This document shows, piece by piece, positions 9,800-22,090 of a DNA stretch of 64,000 nucleotides. The DNA is from Planctomycetota bacterium (GTDB lineage: Bacteria > Planctomycetota > UBA1135 > UBA2386), in assembly GCA_965228735.1 (NCBI GenBank), contig OZ245838.1, forward strand, positions 2,048,001-2,112,000. Reading direction: 5' to 3'. The position numbers and the translations under genes were made by a program. Positions within the stretch are counted from its first letter, which is position 1; every line of letters starts with the position of its first letter. The notes beneath the pieces are model-generated. The model was not told the DNA's origin. It ran no database searches and saw nothing but the letters and a program-made list of their open reading frames with translations.

Positions 9800-10903
9800 T
9801 CAGCGCCCCTTCTTCAGGAACTCCTTGATGCTCGGCAGGATGCCCTCGCGATCGAGGATGTCGGTCGTCACGACCTTCTCCTCGCCGCGGAACGCGCTGT
9901 CGAGGTCCTTCTTGAACTGACCGCTGCCGTAGGCGCTCTTGACCTGGCCGTAGCAGAACTGATTGCACACCGGCAGGACCGAGTCCTTGAGCAGCGACAT
10001 GCAGTGCTCGGTGTCGCGCGCGCTCCAGTTGTCGCCGTCGCTGAAGTGGAACGGATACACGTTCCATTCCTGCGCCGGATACTTGTCGCGCATGATCTGC
10101 ATGCAGAGCTCGTAGGCCGAGCTGATCTTCGTGCCGCCGCTCTCGCGCAGGTGGAAGAACGTGTGCTGGTCGACCTCGTGCGCGACCGCGTCGTGCACGA
10201 TGTAGTGCACTTCGAGGTTCTTGTATTGGTGCCGGAGCCAGGTATCGATCCAGAACGCCTCGATGCGGACGATCTCCTTCTGCTCGCGCCCCATCGAGCC
10301 CGACACGTCCATCATGTAGATGATCGCGGCGCTCGCCTGCGGCATCTCGCGGGTCTCGAGCGAGCGGAAGCGCATGTCCTCGCGGATCGGCACGACGACC
10401 GGATGCTCCGGGTCGTAGGTGCCGGACGCGATCTGCCGCTTGAGCGCCTCGCGGAACGTGCGCTTGAAGTGCCGCAGCGAGTTGGGCCCCGACCGCGAGA
10501 TGCCGGTGTAGCGCCCGCCCAGCGTGCGGACGTTCTTCTTGCCCTTCGGCTCGATGTTGGGGAGCTCGAGCTCTTCGCCGAGGATCTTCGCGAGGTCTTC
10601 GAGCGAGACCTCGACCTCGAGCATGTGCTGGCCCTCGTTCTCGCCCGCTTCGCCGGCACCCTCGCCGTCCTGCCCCGGCACGCCCTGGCCGTCCTCGCCC
10701 TCACCCTGGCCGACGCCGCCCTTGTTCTCGCCGTGGCGGAACCGCGGCAGCTGGATCTGCGGCAACGGGATCGTGACGTACTTCTGCCCCTGCTTGCCGA
10801 TGAGCTCGCCAGAGCTGACGAAGCGCTTGAGGTTGCGCTTCACGCGACCCCGAACGATGTTGCGGAACCGCGTGTGGTCCTGGTCGATGCGTCGAACGGA
10901 CAC
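9800..10903 (-). CDS. yeaH: YeaH/YhbH (DUF444) vWA-like protein
   Basis: [19 protein letters not shown] and FHFSDGDNW motifs; lies between prkA and spoVR. Confidence 0.92.
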   Translation of the reverse strand: MSVRRIDQDHTRFRNIVRGRVKRNLKRFVSSGELIGKQGQKYVTIPLPQIQLPRFRHGENKGGVGQGEGEDGQGVPGQDGEGAGEAGENEGQHMLEVEVSLEDLAKILGEELELPNIEPKGKKNVRTLGGRYTGISRSGPNSLRHFKRTFREALKRQIASGTYDPEHPVVVPIREDMRFRSLETREMPQASAAIIYMMDVSGSMGREQKEIVRIEAFWIDTWLRHQYKNLEVHYIVHDAVAHEVDQHTFFHLRESGGTKISSAYELCMQIMRDKYPAQEWNVYPFHFSDGDNWSARDTEHCMSLLKDSVLPVCNQFCYGQVKSAYGSGQFKKDLDSAFRGEEKVVTTDILDREGILPSIKEFLKKGR

Positions 10904-10910
10904 GCCGGCC

Positions 10911-12938
<2,028 letters not shown>

Positions 12939-13085
12939 GACTTCGGATCCCTGTGGGTCACCGCGCGGCTGACCCCGCGGCAGTTGCCTGTTCTGCCCAT
13001 GGTATCGGAGCCCGCCTACCACGGCATGAGCCAATCTTGACCCGAACGGAAGGGGAAAAGCGCCGATGCGCACCGGCGGTTGCGC

Positions 13086-13091
13086 TACGTT
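13086..13091 (+). promoter_or_regulatory. Putative -10 element (TACGTT) 6 nt upstream of ATG 13098; likely leaderless transcript
   Basis: TANNNT match with no Shine-Dalgarno; the same geometry recurs at other genes in the window. Confidence 0.45.
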
Positions 13092-13097
13092 GCCCGG

Positions 13098-14231
13098 ATG
13101 TCCGGTCGCACCCCGACTCCCTCATCCTCCGTGGCGCGCCCCTCGAGGCGCGCAGCGGCGCGCGCGCGCGGGCTCGCGCTGGCGTTTCCGCTGCTCCTGC
13201 CGTTGTCCGCCTGCGGCGGCAGCGCTGGCCCGATCGACGGCAGCAAGACCCTCACGCACGTGCAGAAGTTCGTCGAGATCGGACCCCGCCCGTTCGGCTC
13301 CGACGCGCTCGGCAAGACGGCGGACTACATCACGAGCCAGCTCACGGCCATGGGGCTCGAGCCGAAGCGCCACGAGGTGATGCACGAGCAGGAGAAGAAG
13401 CTGATCCGGAACCTCTACGTCGAGATTCCGGGTGGATCGGATCTCGCGGCTGGCAAGCCCGAGGAGCGCGACGGCCCGATCCTGATGATCGGCGGGCACT
13501 ACGACACCAAGGTCGCCACCGGTCACAGCGACGCCGCGCACAACTTCCCGTTCGTCGGCGCGATCGACGGCGGCGGCGCGCCGGCCGTGCTCATCGAGCT
13601 CGCGCGCCATCTCGCCGACCCGAAGAACCGACCGGACTGCACGGTCTGGCTCTACTGGATCGATGCCGAGGAGTCGATCGACTGGAACTGGAACGACGAC
13701 CGCGCGCTGCTCGGCAGCAAGGCGTTCTGCAAGTGGCTCAGCGAGACGAAGGTGCTCAAGCGGGTCAAGGCGTTCGTGCTGCTCGACCTGATCGGGAGCA
13801 AGAACTTCAAGATCGACAAGGACGGCAACTCGGTGCCGGATCTGCAGGACATCTTCGCGCGGGCCGCGGACGCGCTCGGCGAGCGCCACCGGCTCTACGA
13901 GTTTCCGACCGACCGGGACATCGCGGCGTACTCGGCGCGCAACCTCAAGTGGGGCACCAAGGACGACCACGAGATCTTCACGAACTACGGCGTCTCGTCG
14001 GTGCTGCTGATCGACTTCGCGCGCCGCATTCCGCCGGCCCTGCAGAACCTCGGCGAGGGCCAGGAGCCGCTCGTCGATCCCGACTACGAGCAATGGTGGC
14101 ACACGCCGGACGACAACCTCGACGCCGTCGATCCGGCCGCGCTCGCGTTCGCCGGCAACCTCGTCGTCAAGGCGCTGCCCGAGCTGGCGAAGTTCGTGCA
14201 GAGCAAGGTACGACGCCGGAAGTCGAAGTAG
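13098..14231 (+). CDS. M28 family glutaminyl-cyclase-like zinc enzyme, lipoprotein (paralog 1)
   Basis: Lipobox LSA|C. GHYDTK, FVGAIDG, DAEE, LLGS, LLDLIG, DDH and WWHTPDDN motifs. Confidence 0.8.
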   Translation: MSGRTPTPSSSVARPSRRAAARARGLALAFPLLLPLSACGGSAGPIDGSKTLTHVQKFVEIGPRPFGSDALGKTADYITSQLTAMGLEPKRHEVMHEQEKKLIRNLYVEIPGGSDLAAGKPEERDGPILMIGGHYDTKVATGHSDAAHNFPFVGAIDGGGAPAVLIELARHLADPKNRPDCTVWLYWIDAEESIDWNWNDDRALLGSKAFCKWLSETKVLKRVKAFVLLDLIGSKNFKIDKDGNSVPDLQDIFARAADALGERHRLYEFPTDRDIAAYSARNLKWGTKDDHEIFTNYGVSSVLLIDFARRIPPALQNLGEGQEPLVDPDYEQWWHTPDDNLDAVDPAALAFAGNLVVKALPELAKFVQSKVRRRKSK

Positions 14232-14282
14232 CCTGGAGACCGCAGGACTCGCGACCATAGGCCACAGAGCGGGAGGTCAGAC

Positions 14283-15359
14283 ATGCAAAGGAGCCTCGTG
14301 ATCGGAGCGGTGATCATCGTCGCGCTCGCGGCGTGCTTCGGCGCGGCCGCAGCCGGCGGCGCCGCCGAGGGTCGCGGCATCGACGCCAGCGCCGGGAACC
14401 GCGCCGGCACGCCGCAGGACGACCGCGGCGTGCGCGTGCTGCCGGCGATCGTGAAGTCCGAGCCGGTGCCGCTGACCGCGGTGCGCGCGCCGAAGGGCTT
14501 CGGCGAACGTGCATTCATGCGGGTCAAGGAGATCGTGAGTTTCGGGCCGCGCTACTCCGCCAAAGAGGCGGGCCTGCCCGGCTGGACCCGGCAGCTCGGC
14601 TACATCGAAGAAGCCCTCGAGTCCCACGGGCTGAAGGTGCTGCGTGACACGTGGACGGATCGCAAAGAGCTGATCACGTTCACCAACCTGTCGGCGCGGA
14701 TCCCCGGCACGCGCGAGGAGCGCATCCTCATCGCGTGCCACCACGACACGAAGTGCACGATCGACCACCCCGACAAGCGCCACAACTTCGACTTCGTCGG
14801 CGCCAACGACGGCGCCAGCGCCGTCGCCGTGCTGCTCGAGCTCGTCCCCGTGCTGCTCCGCAGCAAGCGCGAGGCGACGATCGAGCTCGTGTTCTTCGAC
14901 GGCGAGGAGAGTCTCGACTGGAACTGGAACGACGCCAAACGCGCGCTGTTCGGCAGCAAACGCTACGTGAAGCGGCACCGCGAGGCCGAGCTGCTCGGTG
15001 AATCGAGTCGCATCGCTGCCGTGATCCTGCTCGACATGGTCGGCCGCAAGTACCTGCACATCCAGGACGAGCTCTACTCGACGCCGCGCCTGCGCAAACT
15101 GCTGTGGAGCGCGGCGGTCGCGACCGGCCACGAAGAGCACGTCTTCCAGCGCGCCGAGAGCGCGGCCGACGACCACGTGCCGTTCCTCGAGGTCGGCATC
15201 CCGGCCGTGGACCTGATCGATCTCAACGGCAACGTGTTCTGGCACACGCCGATGGACACGGTGGAGAACATGAGCGCGGAGAGCCTGCAGACCACCGCGG
15301 ACCTCGTGCTCACGATGCTGCCTGCGGTCGAGAAGGAATACGTGCTCGAGCGCGACTGA
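14283..15359 (+). CDS. M28 family glutaminyl-cyclase-like zinc enzyme, probable lipoprotein (paralog 2)
   Basis: SD GGAGG; lipobox-like LAA|C. CHHDTK, FVGANDGAS, FFDGEE, LFGS, LLDMVG, DDHVPF and WHTPMD motifs. Confidence 0.82.
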   Translation: MQRSLVIGAVIIVALAACFGAAAAGGAAEGRGIDASAGNRAGTPQDDRGVRVLPAIVKSEPVPLTAVRAPKGFGERAFMRVKEIVSFGPRYSAKEAGLPGWTRQLGYIEEALESHGLKVLRDTWTDRKELITFTNLSARIPGTREERILIACHHDTKCTIDHPDKRHNFDFVGANDGASAVAVLLELVPVLLRSKREATIELVFFDGEESLDWNWNDAKRALFGSKRYVKRHREAELLGESSRIAAVILLDMVGRKYLHIQDELYSTPRLRKLLWSAAVATGHEEHVFQRAESAADDHVPFLEVGIPAVDLIDLNGNVFWHTPMDTVENMSAESLQTTADLVLTMLPAVEKEYVLERD

Positions 15360-15376
15360 GCCCTGGGCAAGAGAAC

Positions 15377-16195
15377 ATGCCATCCTTGGAACGCGCGGGC
15401 CGCACGGTCCACTTCACTCGCGAGGGCGACGGCCCCGGGGTCGTTCTCGTCCCCGGACTCGGCTCCAACTCGCGATTGTTCGGCACGCTGCCGCGGCGCT
15501 TCGCCCGCAGCGGGTTCACGTGCGCAGCGATCGACCCGGTCGGGCTGGAGCCCTCGAGCGCGCTGCCGGAGAACGAGTTCGACTTCGAGCAGGCCGCGCT
15601 CGACGTGCTCGCCGTGGCGGCAGAGCTGCCAGCGCCGGTCGCGCTCGTCGGCACATCGCTGGGCGGCAAGGTCGCGTTGCAGGCAGCGGCGCTCGCCGCC
15701 GACGGCCCCTCCGACAGTGCCGCCGATCGCCTCGTGATGCTGTGCAGCGCCGCGCAGCAGACCCCGCGCAGTCAGCGCATCTACCGCTGGTTCGAACTGC
15801 TGTGCACCGAGGTGCCCGGCCACTTGCTCGGCGAACTCACGGCCCCGTTCCTGTTCGGCGCCACGTTCCTGAATCAGAAACAGACCGTGGTCGACAACAT
15901 CATCCGCAGCACGAAGCCGACTCCCGAGTCCCGCGCGTTCATGCAGGCGCAGTGCCGCGCGCTGCTCGACTTCGACGGTTCGGACCTGTGCCGGAGGGTC
16001 ACCTGGCCGACCCTCTGCCTCGCCGGCGCCGAGGACGGCCTGACCCTGCCAACCGAAGTCGAAACCACTGCAAACGGCATCCCGGGATCCGTTTACGAGT
16101 GCGTCCCGAACGCGGGCCACAGCCTGCTGCTCGAATCTGCCGGCGCGTTCGACCGCGTGACCCGCTTCCTGGAGAACCCACGGTCGGAGCGGTAG
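15377..16195 (+). CDS. Alpha/beta fold hydrolase
   Basis: VVLVPGLG, nucleophile elbow GTSLGG, GAEDGL and AGHSL motifs. Start re-assigned to ATG 15377. Confidence 0.85.
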   Translation: MPSLERAGRTVHFTREGDGPGVVLVPGLGSNSRLFGTLPRRFARSGFTCAAIDPVGLEPSSALPENEFDFEQAALDVLAVAAELPAPVALVGTSLGGKVALQAAALAADGPSDSAADRLVMLCSAAQQTPRSQRIYRWFELLCTEVPGHLLGELTAPFLFGATFLNQKQTVVDNIIRSTKPTPESRAFMQAQCRALLDFDGSDLCRRVTWPTLCLAGAEDGLTLPTEVETTANGIPGSVYECVPNAGHSLLLESAGAFDRVTRFLENPRSER

Positions 16196-16263
16196 GGTGG
16201 CCGGCCGAACGGCCTGATCGCGCGAATTGAGTCAGCGGGGGTCGCTTCCCGATAGGCCACGGC

Positions 16264-18240
16264 ATGAACGATTCGCGGCAGAGCAACGGCGACGATCCGG
16301 GCCCAGCACCCGGGGCCGCGAATGCCGCATTCGGCCCCGGCACCGCTGACGAAGAGCAGTCGCTCTATCGCGATTTCCTCGAGGCCGCGCCCGACCCGGT
16401 CTTCATCCTCGGCATCGACGGCGAGCAGCGCGGCCGGATCCTCGACCTCAACGCGATCGCCGCGAGAACGCACGGCTACGAGGTCGACGAGCTGATCGGG
16501 GAGCCGATCGCCACGCTCGACGTGCCGGACGACGCCAAGCTCGCCGCGCCGCGCATCGACAACCTGTTGCGCACCGGGCACACGACGTTCGAAGTGACGC
16601 ACCTGCGCAAGGACGGCACGCAGTTCCCGGTCGAGGTCACGGCCCGGCTCGCCACGATCGGTGGCCAGCGCTGCATCGTCTCGTTCAACCGCGACATCAC
16701 GGATCGCAAGCGGATCACGGCGGAGCTGCGGGAGTCGCAGCTGCAGCTCGAGGTCGCCGCGCGCTCGAGCCAGGTCGGCTTCTGGAACTGGGAGATCGCG
16801 ACCAACAAGGTCTACTTCAGCCCCGAATGGAAGCTGCAGATCGGCTACCAGCCGGACGAGCTCGAAGACTCGTTCGAGACCTGGCACGATCGCGTGCATC
16901 CGGACGACCTCGACCGGGCGCTGGAGATCGTGCGCGACCAAATGGACCGGCCCGAGTCGCACTACGAGAACGAGTTCCGGCTGCGCCACAAGGACGGCAG
17001 CTACCGCTGGATCCTCGCCCACGGCGCCGCGGTCCGGAGCGCCGACGGCAATCCGTTGCGGCTCGTTGGCTGCCACCTCGACATCACCTCGCGCAAGCAG
17101 GCGGAGAACGAACGCACCGAGATGTCCGAGCGCTTGAGTCAGATGCAGCGGCTCGAGGCGATCGGCACGCTGGCCGGCGGCATCGCGCACGACTTCAACA
17201 ACATCCTCTCGATCATCGGCGGCAACGTCGAGCTCGCGCTGGACGAGCTGCCCATGGCTTCCCCGGAACGCGAACCCGTCGAGGAGATCGGTCGCGCCGC
17301 CGAACGTGCCCGCTCGCTCGTGCGGCAGATCCTGGCCTTCAGCCGGAACGAGCCGTCCCAGCTGCGCCACGTCCTCGTGCGGCCCGTCGTCGAGGAGGCG
17401 GTGCGACTGCTGCGATCCTCGATCCCGAAGAACGTCGACCTCGCGGTCGAGTTGCCGTCCGAGGAGCTCGCGGTCCAGGCCGATCAGCACCAGCTGCATC
17501 AGATCTTCGTCAACCTCGCCACCAACGCGTGGCATGCGATCGGCGACCGCAGTGGCACGATCACGATCCGGGCGATGCGGACGGGCTCCGAGCGCATCGC
17601 CGTCGAGGTATCGGACGACGGTCCGGGCATGACCGAGTCCGTGGCTCGCCGCATCTTCGAACCGTTCTTCACGACCAAGCCGCCGGGGAAGGGCTCGGGT
17701 CTCGGCCTGTCCGTCGTGCACGGCATCGTCGAGAATCATCAGGGCACGATCGAAGTCGCGAGCACCCCTGGCGAGGGCACGACGTTCCGCATCGACCTGC
17801 CCGCGGCCGCCGAAGCCGACCCCACGGCTGCGGCCGACGACGGTCCGCAACGAGTCCGGGCCCGCCTGTTGCTGGTCGACGACGACAGCAACCTGCTTCG
17901 CACGTTGACCCGCGGGCTGCGACGCCGCGAATTCGCGGTCACCGAGTTCACCGATCCCGAGGAAGCCCTCGCCGCGGTCGAGGCCGGCGGCTCGTTCGAC
18001 GTGCTGATCACCGATCAGAGCATGCCGAAGCTCTCGGGCGTCGAACTCGCGCGGGCGATCCGGCGCTCGAACCCGACGCTGCCGATCGTGCTCTGCTCGG
18101 GCTTCCTCCGCAACAGCGCCGCGGACGACGCGGCGGCGATGGGTGTCGACCTCGTCGTCGAGAAGCCCGCGATGCCGAGCGAGATCGCGACTGCCATCGC
18201 GAAGCTCTTGCCGGGCCTCGACGGTGACCCGGTCGACTGA
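16264..18240 (+). CDS. Hybrid sensor histidine kinase (PAS-PAS-HisKA-HATPase-REC)
   Basis: Two PAS/PAC domains, H-box GIAHDFNN, N/G boxes (NLATNA, DDGPG, FFTTK, GSGLGL) and a receiver domain (LLVDDD, ITDQSMP, KP). Confidence 0.92.
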   Translation: MNDSRQSNGDDPGPAPGAANAAFGPGTADEEQSLYRDFLEAAPDPVFILGIDGEQRGRILDLNAIAARTHGYEVDELIGEPIATLDVPDDAKLAAPRIDNLLRTGHTTFEVTHLRKDGTQFPVEVTARLATIGGQRCIVSFNRDITDRKRITAELRESQLQLEVAARSSQVGFWNWEIATNKVYFSPEWKLQIGYQPDELEDSFETWHDRVHPDDLDRALEIVRDQMDRPESHYENEFRLRHKDGSYRWILAHGAAVRSADGNPLRLVGCHLDITSRKQAENERTEMSERLSQMQRLEAIGTLAGGIAHDFNNILSIIGGNVELALDELPMASPEREPVEEIGRAAERARSLVRQILAFSRNEPSQLRHVLVRPVVEEAVRLLRSSIPKNVDLAVELPSEELAVQADQHQLHQIFVNLATNAWHAIGDRSGTITIRAMRTGSERIAVEVSDDGPGMTESVARRIFEPFFTTKPPGKGSGLGLSVVHGIVENHQGTIEVASTPGEGTTFRIDLPAAAEADPTAAADDGPQRVRARLLLVDDDSNLLRTLTRGLRRREFAVTEFTDPEEALAAVEAGGSFDVLITDQSMPKLSGVELARAIRRSNPTLPIVLCSGFLRNSAADDAAAMGVDLVVEKPAMPSEIATAIAKLLPGLDGDPVD

Positions 18241-18284
18241 GGAGCGCTGGCCGCGACCACACCGCTATGGTCGCGACTCTCGGA

Positions 18285-19829
18285 TCAAGGGCGAACGGTC
18301 GCCGTGCCCTCCCAGTAGGCCTGGCACCGCGGCCATAGCCAGTCCGCGATCTCGCGCCCGATGCGCAGCCCGACGTCGTTGTCGATCGGGATGTGGTAGC
18401 CGCCGAGCGCACGCGATCGGGCCGCCATCGCGGACGTGCCCGAGAACGTCTCGAGATCGAGCCGCGCGATGTCCGCGGTGCCGAGCTCGGTCAAGGCGCA
18501 GCACGGCCGGACCTCCACCGCGCCATACTCGTCACTGCCGGTGAAGTGCTCGAGCACCCTGGCGCACGCCCCGCTCACCGTGGCGTGCCCGCTCGTGTAG
18601 CCGGGGAACGGCGGCGTGACGAATGCGTACGGCGAGTACGGGTGCCAAACCTCTGCCGGCATCTCCACGACACCGCCCTTTGGCCCGGCCCATCCGCGAA
18701 CGGTCCGGCCGCGATAGTAATGCCGTACGAGTGTCCAGGGCCGGGAGCTGTCGTAGTGCATCTTGGTGTCCCAGCACGCGATGAACGCGTCGAATGCCGC
18801 GACGGCGACCGCGAAGTAGAGGCGCACGTCGGTGTCGAGATCGTTGCCGTCGCGGCGCGACACGTCCTGGGCGAACCGCAGCCAGTGCCCGCTCTGGCCC
18901 GTCGACCGCGGGCCGTCGCGCATGAACTCGACGAGCGCCTTCTCGTCCTGCGTGAGCTCCTGGTTGAACTGGAGCACGAGGTCCGTCTGCCGCCGCAGGA
19001 GCGCGTCGTCCGTGCGGGTCGTCGGCGGCGGTTCGGCCCGGAACTGATCGCCCGACTCGAGCGCGAACGGGCGAACCCGACCCCAGTGCGGCGTGAGACA
19101 ACCCGGCGCGAACTTCGAACCGTCGGCCCGGGTGAACGCGATCGGCTGCCAGCGGTCCGGATCGACGATGCGATCGACGGTGTTCACCGGCCGATAACCC
19201 GTGTAGTCCGACCACGGCGTGCCGTCACTGCCGGGCTCGTCGCCCCGCCAGTTGGAGCCGTCGCGAGCGCGATACTCGAGCACGGCGCGCGCCGCGAGGT
19301 TGCCGATGCCGACGGGAGTCTCGGGGTCCTCGGACGCGTCCTCGGGGTCGTAGCCGAGCCGTCGCATCTCGTGGTGCAGCAGGTCGCGGTCGGCCGGGAA
19401 CACCGCCTCGAGCGCCCGCAGGCTCGCGAAGCTGATCGCCGTTCGCTTGTGCGCCAGGGTCCGCTCGGCAGCGGGTCGCCGCAACGCCGACCCGAGCCGC
19501 GTTCCGACCGCCCGCGCGTCGTAGGCCGCCCACGCGTCGAACATCGCGACCGCCCACACCATCATCTGATGCGACAGCACGGTCGGCTGCGCCCCGACGC
19601 GCTCCACTTCGCGCGCGGCGACCTCCTGCATGATGTCGAGCCAGCGGAACGCGTAGTTCTGCAGCTCGTACGGCACGGGCTCGGCGGTCGTCCGCGCGTA
19701 CTGCGGGCCACTTCCCATGCCGCCGACGACCCGATCGGGGTCGGGCGCTCCGCCGCCGATCAGGCCGCAGCCGGCAGTGCTGGCCAGGAGGAGAAGAGCG
19801 GAAACGCCGCCCCGCACGGTCAATTGCAT
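18285..19829 (-). CDS. Vanadium-dependent haloperoxidase / PAP2-superfamily lipoprotein
   Basis: Vanadate-binding motifs WDTKMHYDSSRP, PPFPGYTSGHA and SRALGGYH; lipobox TAG|C. Confidence 0.82.
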   Translation of the reverse strand: MQLTVRGGVSALLLLASTAGCGLIGGGAPDPDRVVGGMGSGPQYARTTAEPVPYELQNYAFRWLDIMQEVAAREVERVGAQPTVLSHQMMVWAVAMFDAWAAYDARAVGTRLGSALRRPAAERTLAHKRTAISFASLRALEAVFPADRDLLHHEMRRLGYDPEDASEDPETPVGIGNLAARAVLEYRARDGSNWRGDEPGSDGTPWSDYTGYRPVNTVDRIVDPDRWQPIAFTRADGSKFAPGCLTPHWGRVRPFALESGDQFRAEPPPTTRTDDALLRRQTDLVLQFNQELTQDEKALVEFMRDGPRSTGQSGHWLRFAQDVSRRDGNDLDTDVRLYFAVAVAAFDAFIACWDTKMHYDSSRPWTLVRHYYRGRTVRGWAGPKGGVVEMPAEVWHPYSPYAFVTPPFPGYTSGHATVSGACARVLEHFTGSDEYGAVEVRPCCALTELGTADIARLDLETFSGTSAMAARSRALGGYHIPIDNDVGLRIGREIADWLWPRCQAYWEGTATVRP

Positions 19830-19896
19830 GCCCGCGATTAGACCGCTCGCAGCGCGCCGTAACAGCCCCACGGCGGCGGCAGCTCCCGCGCGCGCG

Positions 19897-21906
19897 TCAG
19901 CGCAACGGCGCGATCCACGTGGTTGCCAGCCACGGATCGCCGCGATCGGCGATGGTGCGACAGAGCGTGCGCAACGCCGGCGCCGGCGTCAGCGAGTAGG
20001 GCTCGCCATCCGCGGGGACGAAGGTCACGGGCCGCGTCAGATCGACGAGCCGGACATCGAGCCACGCTTCGGCCGCGGCGATCTCCGTCAGCTCGTACTC
20101 GACGGCCTGGTCGGCACACCGCACCGCGGCGTGCTGCCCGCTGCGCGGGTCCGCCACGCGCAGCCAGTAGTGCTGACGCACGACGCCGTCGCTGGGCCGC
20201 CAGGTCAGGTGCCGCGGCAGTTCGGATCTCTGCAACGGCACGAGCTCGGCCAGCAGGTCGCGGTCCGGCAAGCCGCCGTGACCGTTGCCCTCGACGAGCG
20301 TGAACCTCGTCGGGTAGCGCCCCGAGGATTCGGCCTGCAGCTTCGCGAGTGCTGCGGCGAACCGTTCGCAGCGCTCGCGCCGTCCGTACGCGGTGTCCTT
20401 GCCGCCCACCATGAACGAGAACCGCAGCGAGTGCAGTCCGTCCGGCAGGCTCTGTCCGTCGGTCGGCGCGGCCGCGCTGCTGTGCACCGCCGCGAAGCGG
20501 TGTGGCAGCTTGGGGCCGAGCGCGAACGCGCCATAACCGCCGTGGCTGTAGCCGATCGCGACGACGCGGTTCGGATCGACGCCGTCACAGGCGACGAACT
20601 GCCGGATGAGCTTCTCGAGCACCGGGTAGAAGTAGTCGGTGTAGAAGCCGTTCCACTCGTCGGTCGGCGCCCGCAACGCGCAGTAGAGGTAACCGCCGGC
20701 CTCGGGATGGTCGTGGTAGTAGACCTGCATGTGGCGCCACTGCGAGTCGTTGAACCTCTTCGGGACGCCACCGCCGCCGTGCATCGCGATCACGAGCCCC
20801 CAGCCGTCGTCCGGCCGGTCGCCGACCTGCTCGACCGTGAACGGGCTCGTCTTGCCCCCCGCCGTGACGCGCCGGGCTTCGTGATCCTCGATCAGTCGCG
20901 GTCGCTCACTGCGCCGCCACGCCGCGAACGCCAGCCGCCGCAACCGCGCGTCGCCTTCGACGGTCAGAAGCTCGGCATCGAGGTTGCGATCGAACTCGAA
21001 CGTCGCGCGGCGGTCCGCGTCGGCCGCGAAGTAACGGTCGAGCTGCGCGTTCAAGGCATCGTCCGCCGAACCGGTAGCCGCCGCCGGGCCCGGAGCCGCG
21101 GCGGCAGTCCCGGGATCCTGCGGCGCGTAGCGCGCCGTCACGTCGATCCCCCAGAGCTCGATCCCGCGACCCCAGCCCGCGCGGAACCGCTGCCCGGTCG
21201 GCGCGAACGACACCGCCCAGATGCGATGCTCCGGGTCGGCGTCGGCGCACTTGCTCGCGTCCCCGACGAACCACGCGCGGTCGAGACCCTGCGGGTCGGG
21301 CTCGTCCGCCCCGCAGAAGCGCCAGCGTTCGCCGTCCCAGACCTCGACCCAGGTGTGGTTGCCGCGCTTGTGCGGCCATCGCACGGAGACGAGCCGGGCC
21401 GGCACGCAGCACGCCCGACACGCGTCGGCCAACAGGATCGACAAGCCGGTGCAGCTCGCCTTGCCCTGCGCGATCGACTCGCTCGGCGCCTGATCGGCGC
21501 GCCGGCGCGCGGTCGAGTAGTGCACGTTCAACTCGTCGAAGACGATCTCGTTGAGCCGGCGCGCGGCCGCGCCCGGCGTCTGGCAGTCGAGCACGCGCGG
21601 CAGGAACCGACGCTGCAGATCCGAGCGCCAGTCCTCGCGCTTCTCGTTGGCCTGGGCGTAGGGCACGACGTAGTTGAGAAACAGCTGCTCGCCGAGCGCC
21701 GCGCCCCACGGGACCTGCTGCCGCGCCTCGAACGCGAGCCGGACCTCGCGGGCGAGCGCGGCGTCGTCGACCCGTTCGCGGTCCGCGGTCGACTGATGGC
21801 GCCGCAGGAACGCGACCGCCGCGGCCTCCGCCGACTCGTCGGTCTGCGCCACGGCGGGAACCGCGACGGAGAACACCAGGATGGACAGCGCGAGGGTGGT
21901 CCGCAT
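19897..21906 (-). CDS. Secreted transglutaminase-like domain + alpha/beta hydrolase (esterase) fusion
   Basis: Signal AVA|Q. ASCTGLSILL and GNHTWVEVW (transglutaminase-like Cys/His). Later MHGGG, GYSHGG, GGKD and GHGG (Ser hydrolase). Confidence 0.78.
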   Translation of the reverse strand: MRTTLALSILVFSVAVPAVAQTDESAEAAAVAFLRRHQSTADRERVDDAALAREVRLAFEARQQVPWGAALGEQLFLNYVVPYAQANEKREDWRSDLQRRFLPRVLDCQTPGAAARRLNEIVFDELNVHYSTARRRADQAPSESIAQGKASCTGLSILLADACRACCVPARLVSVRWPHKRGNHTWVEVWDGERWRFCGADEPDPQGLDRAWFVGDASKCADADPEHRIWAVSFAPTGQRFRAGWGRGIELWGIDVTARYAPQDPGTAAAAPGPAAATGSADDALNAQLDRYFAADADRRATFEFDRNLDAELLTVEGDARLRRLAFAAWRRSERPRLIEDHEARRVTAGGKTSPFTVEQVGDRPDDGWGLVIAMHGGGGVPKRFNDSQWRHMQVYYHDHPEAGGYLYCALRAPTDEWNGFYTDYFYPVLEKLIRQFVACDGVDPNRVVAIGYSHGGYGAFALGPKLPHRFAAVHSSAAAPTDGQSLPDGLHSLRFSFMVGGKDTAYGRRERCERFAAALAKLQAESSGRYPTRFTLVEGNGHGGLPDRDLLAELVPLQRSELPRHLTWRPSDGVVRQHYWLRVADPRSGQHAAVRCADQAVEYELTEIAAAEAWLDVRLVDLTRPVTFVPADGEPYSLTPAPALRTLCRTIADRGDPWLATTWIAPLR

Positions 21907-22090
21907 GCCGTGGTCATACCGCACGGTCGAACACCGCGGAATCATCCCCCATCGCCGGGTCGCAATACGCTCGCCCGTCGCCCACCGGTCGAGAGGCGTG
22001 AGCCGATCGGTCACACCGCGAGTCGCGACCGTTTACAGTGCGAGAGGCTCGACCGCCGGTCTCGCCCTACCGATCCGACCACGCCTTCGC

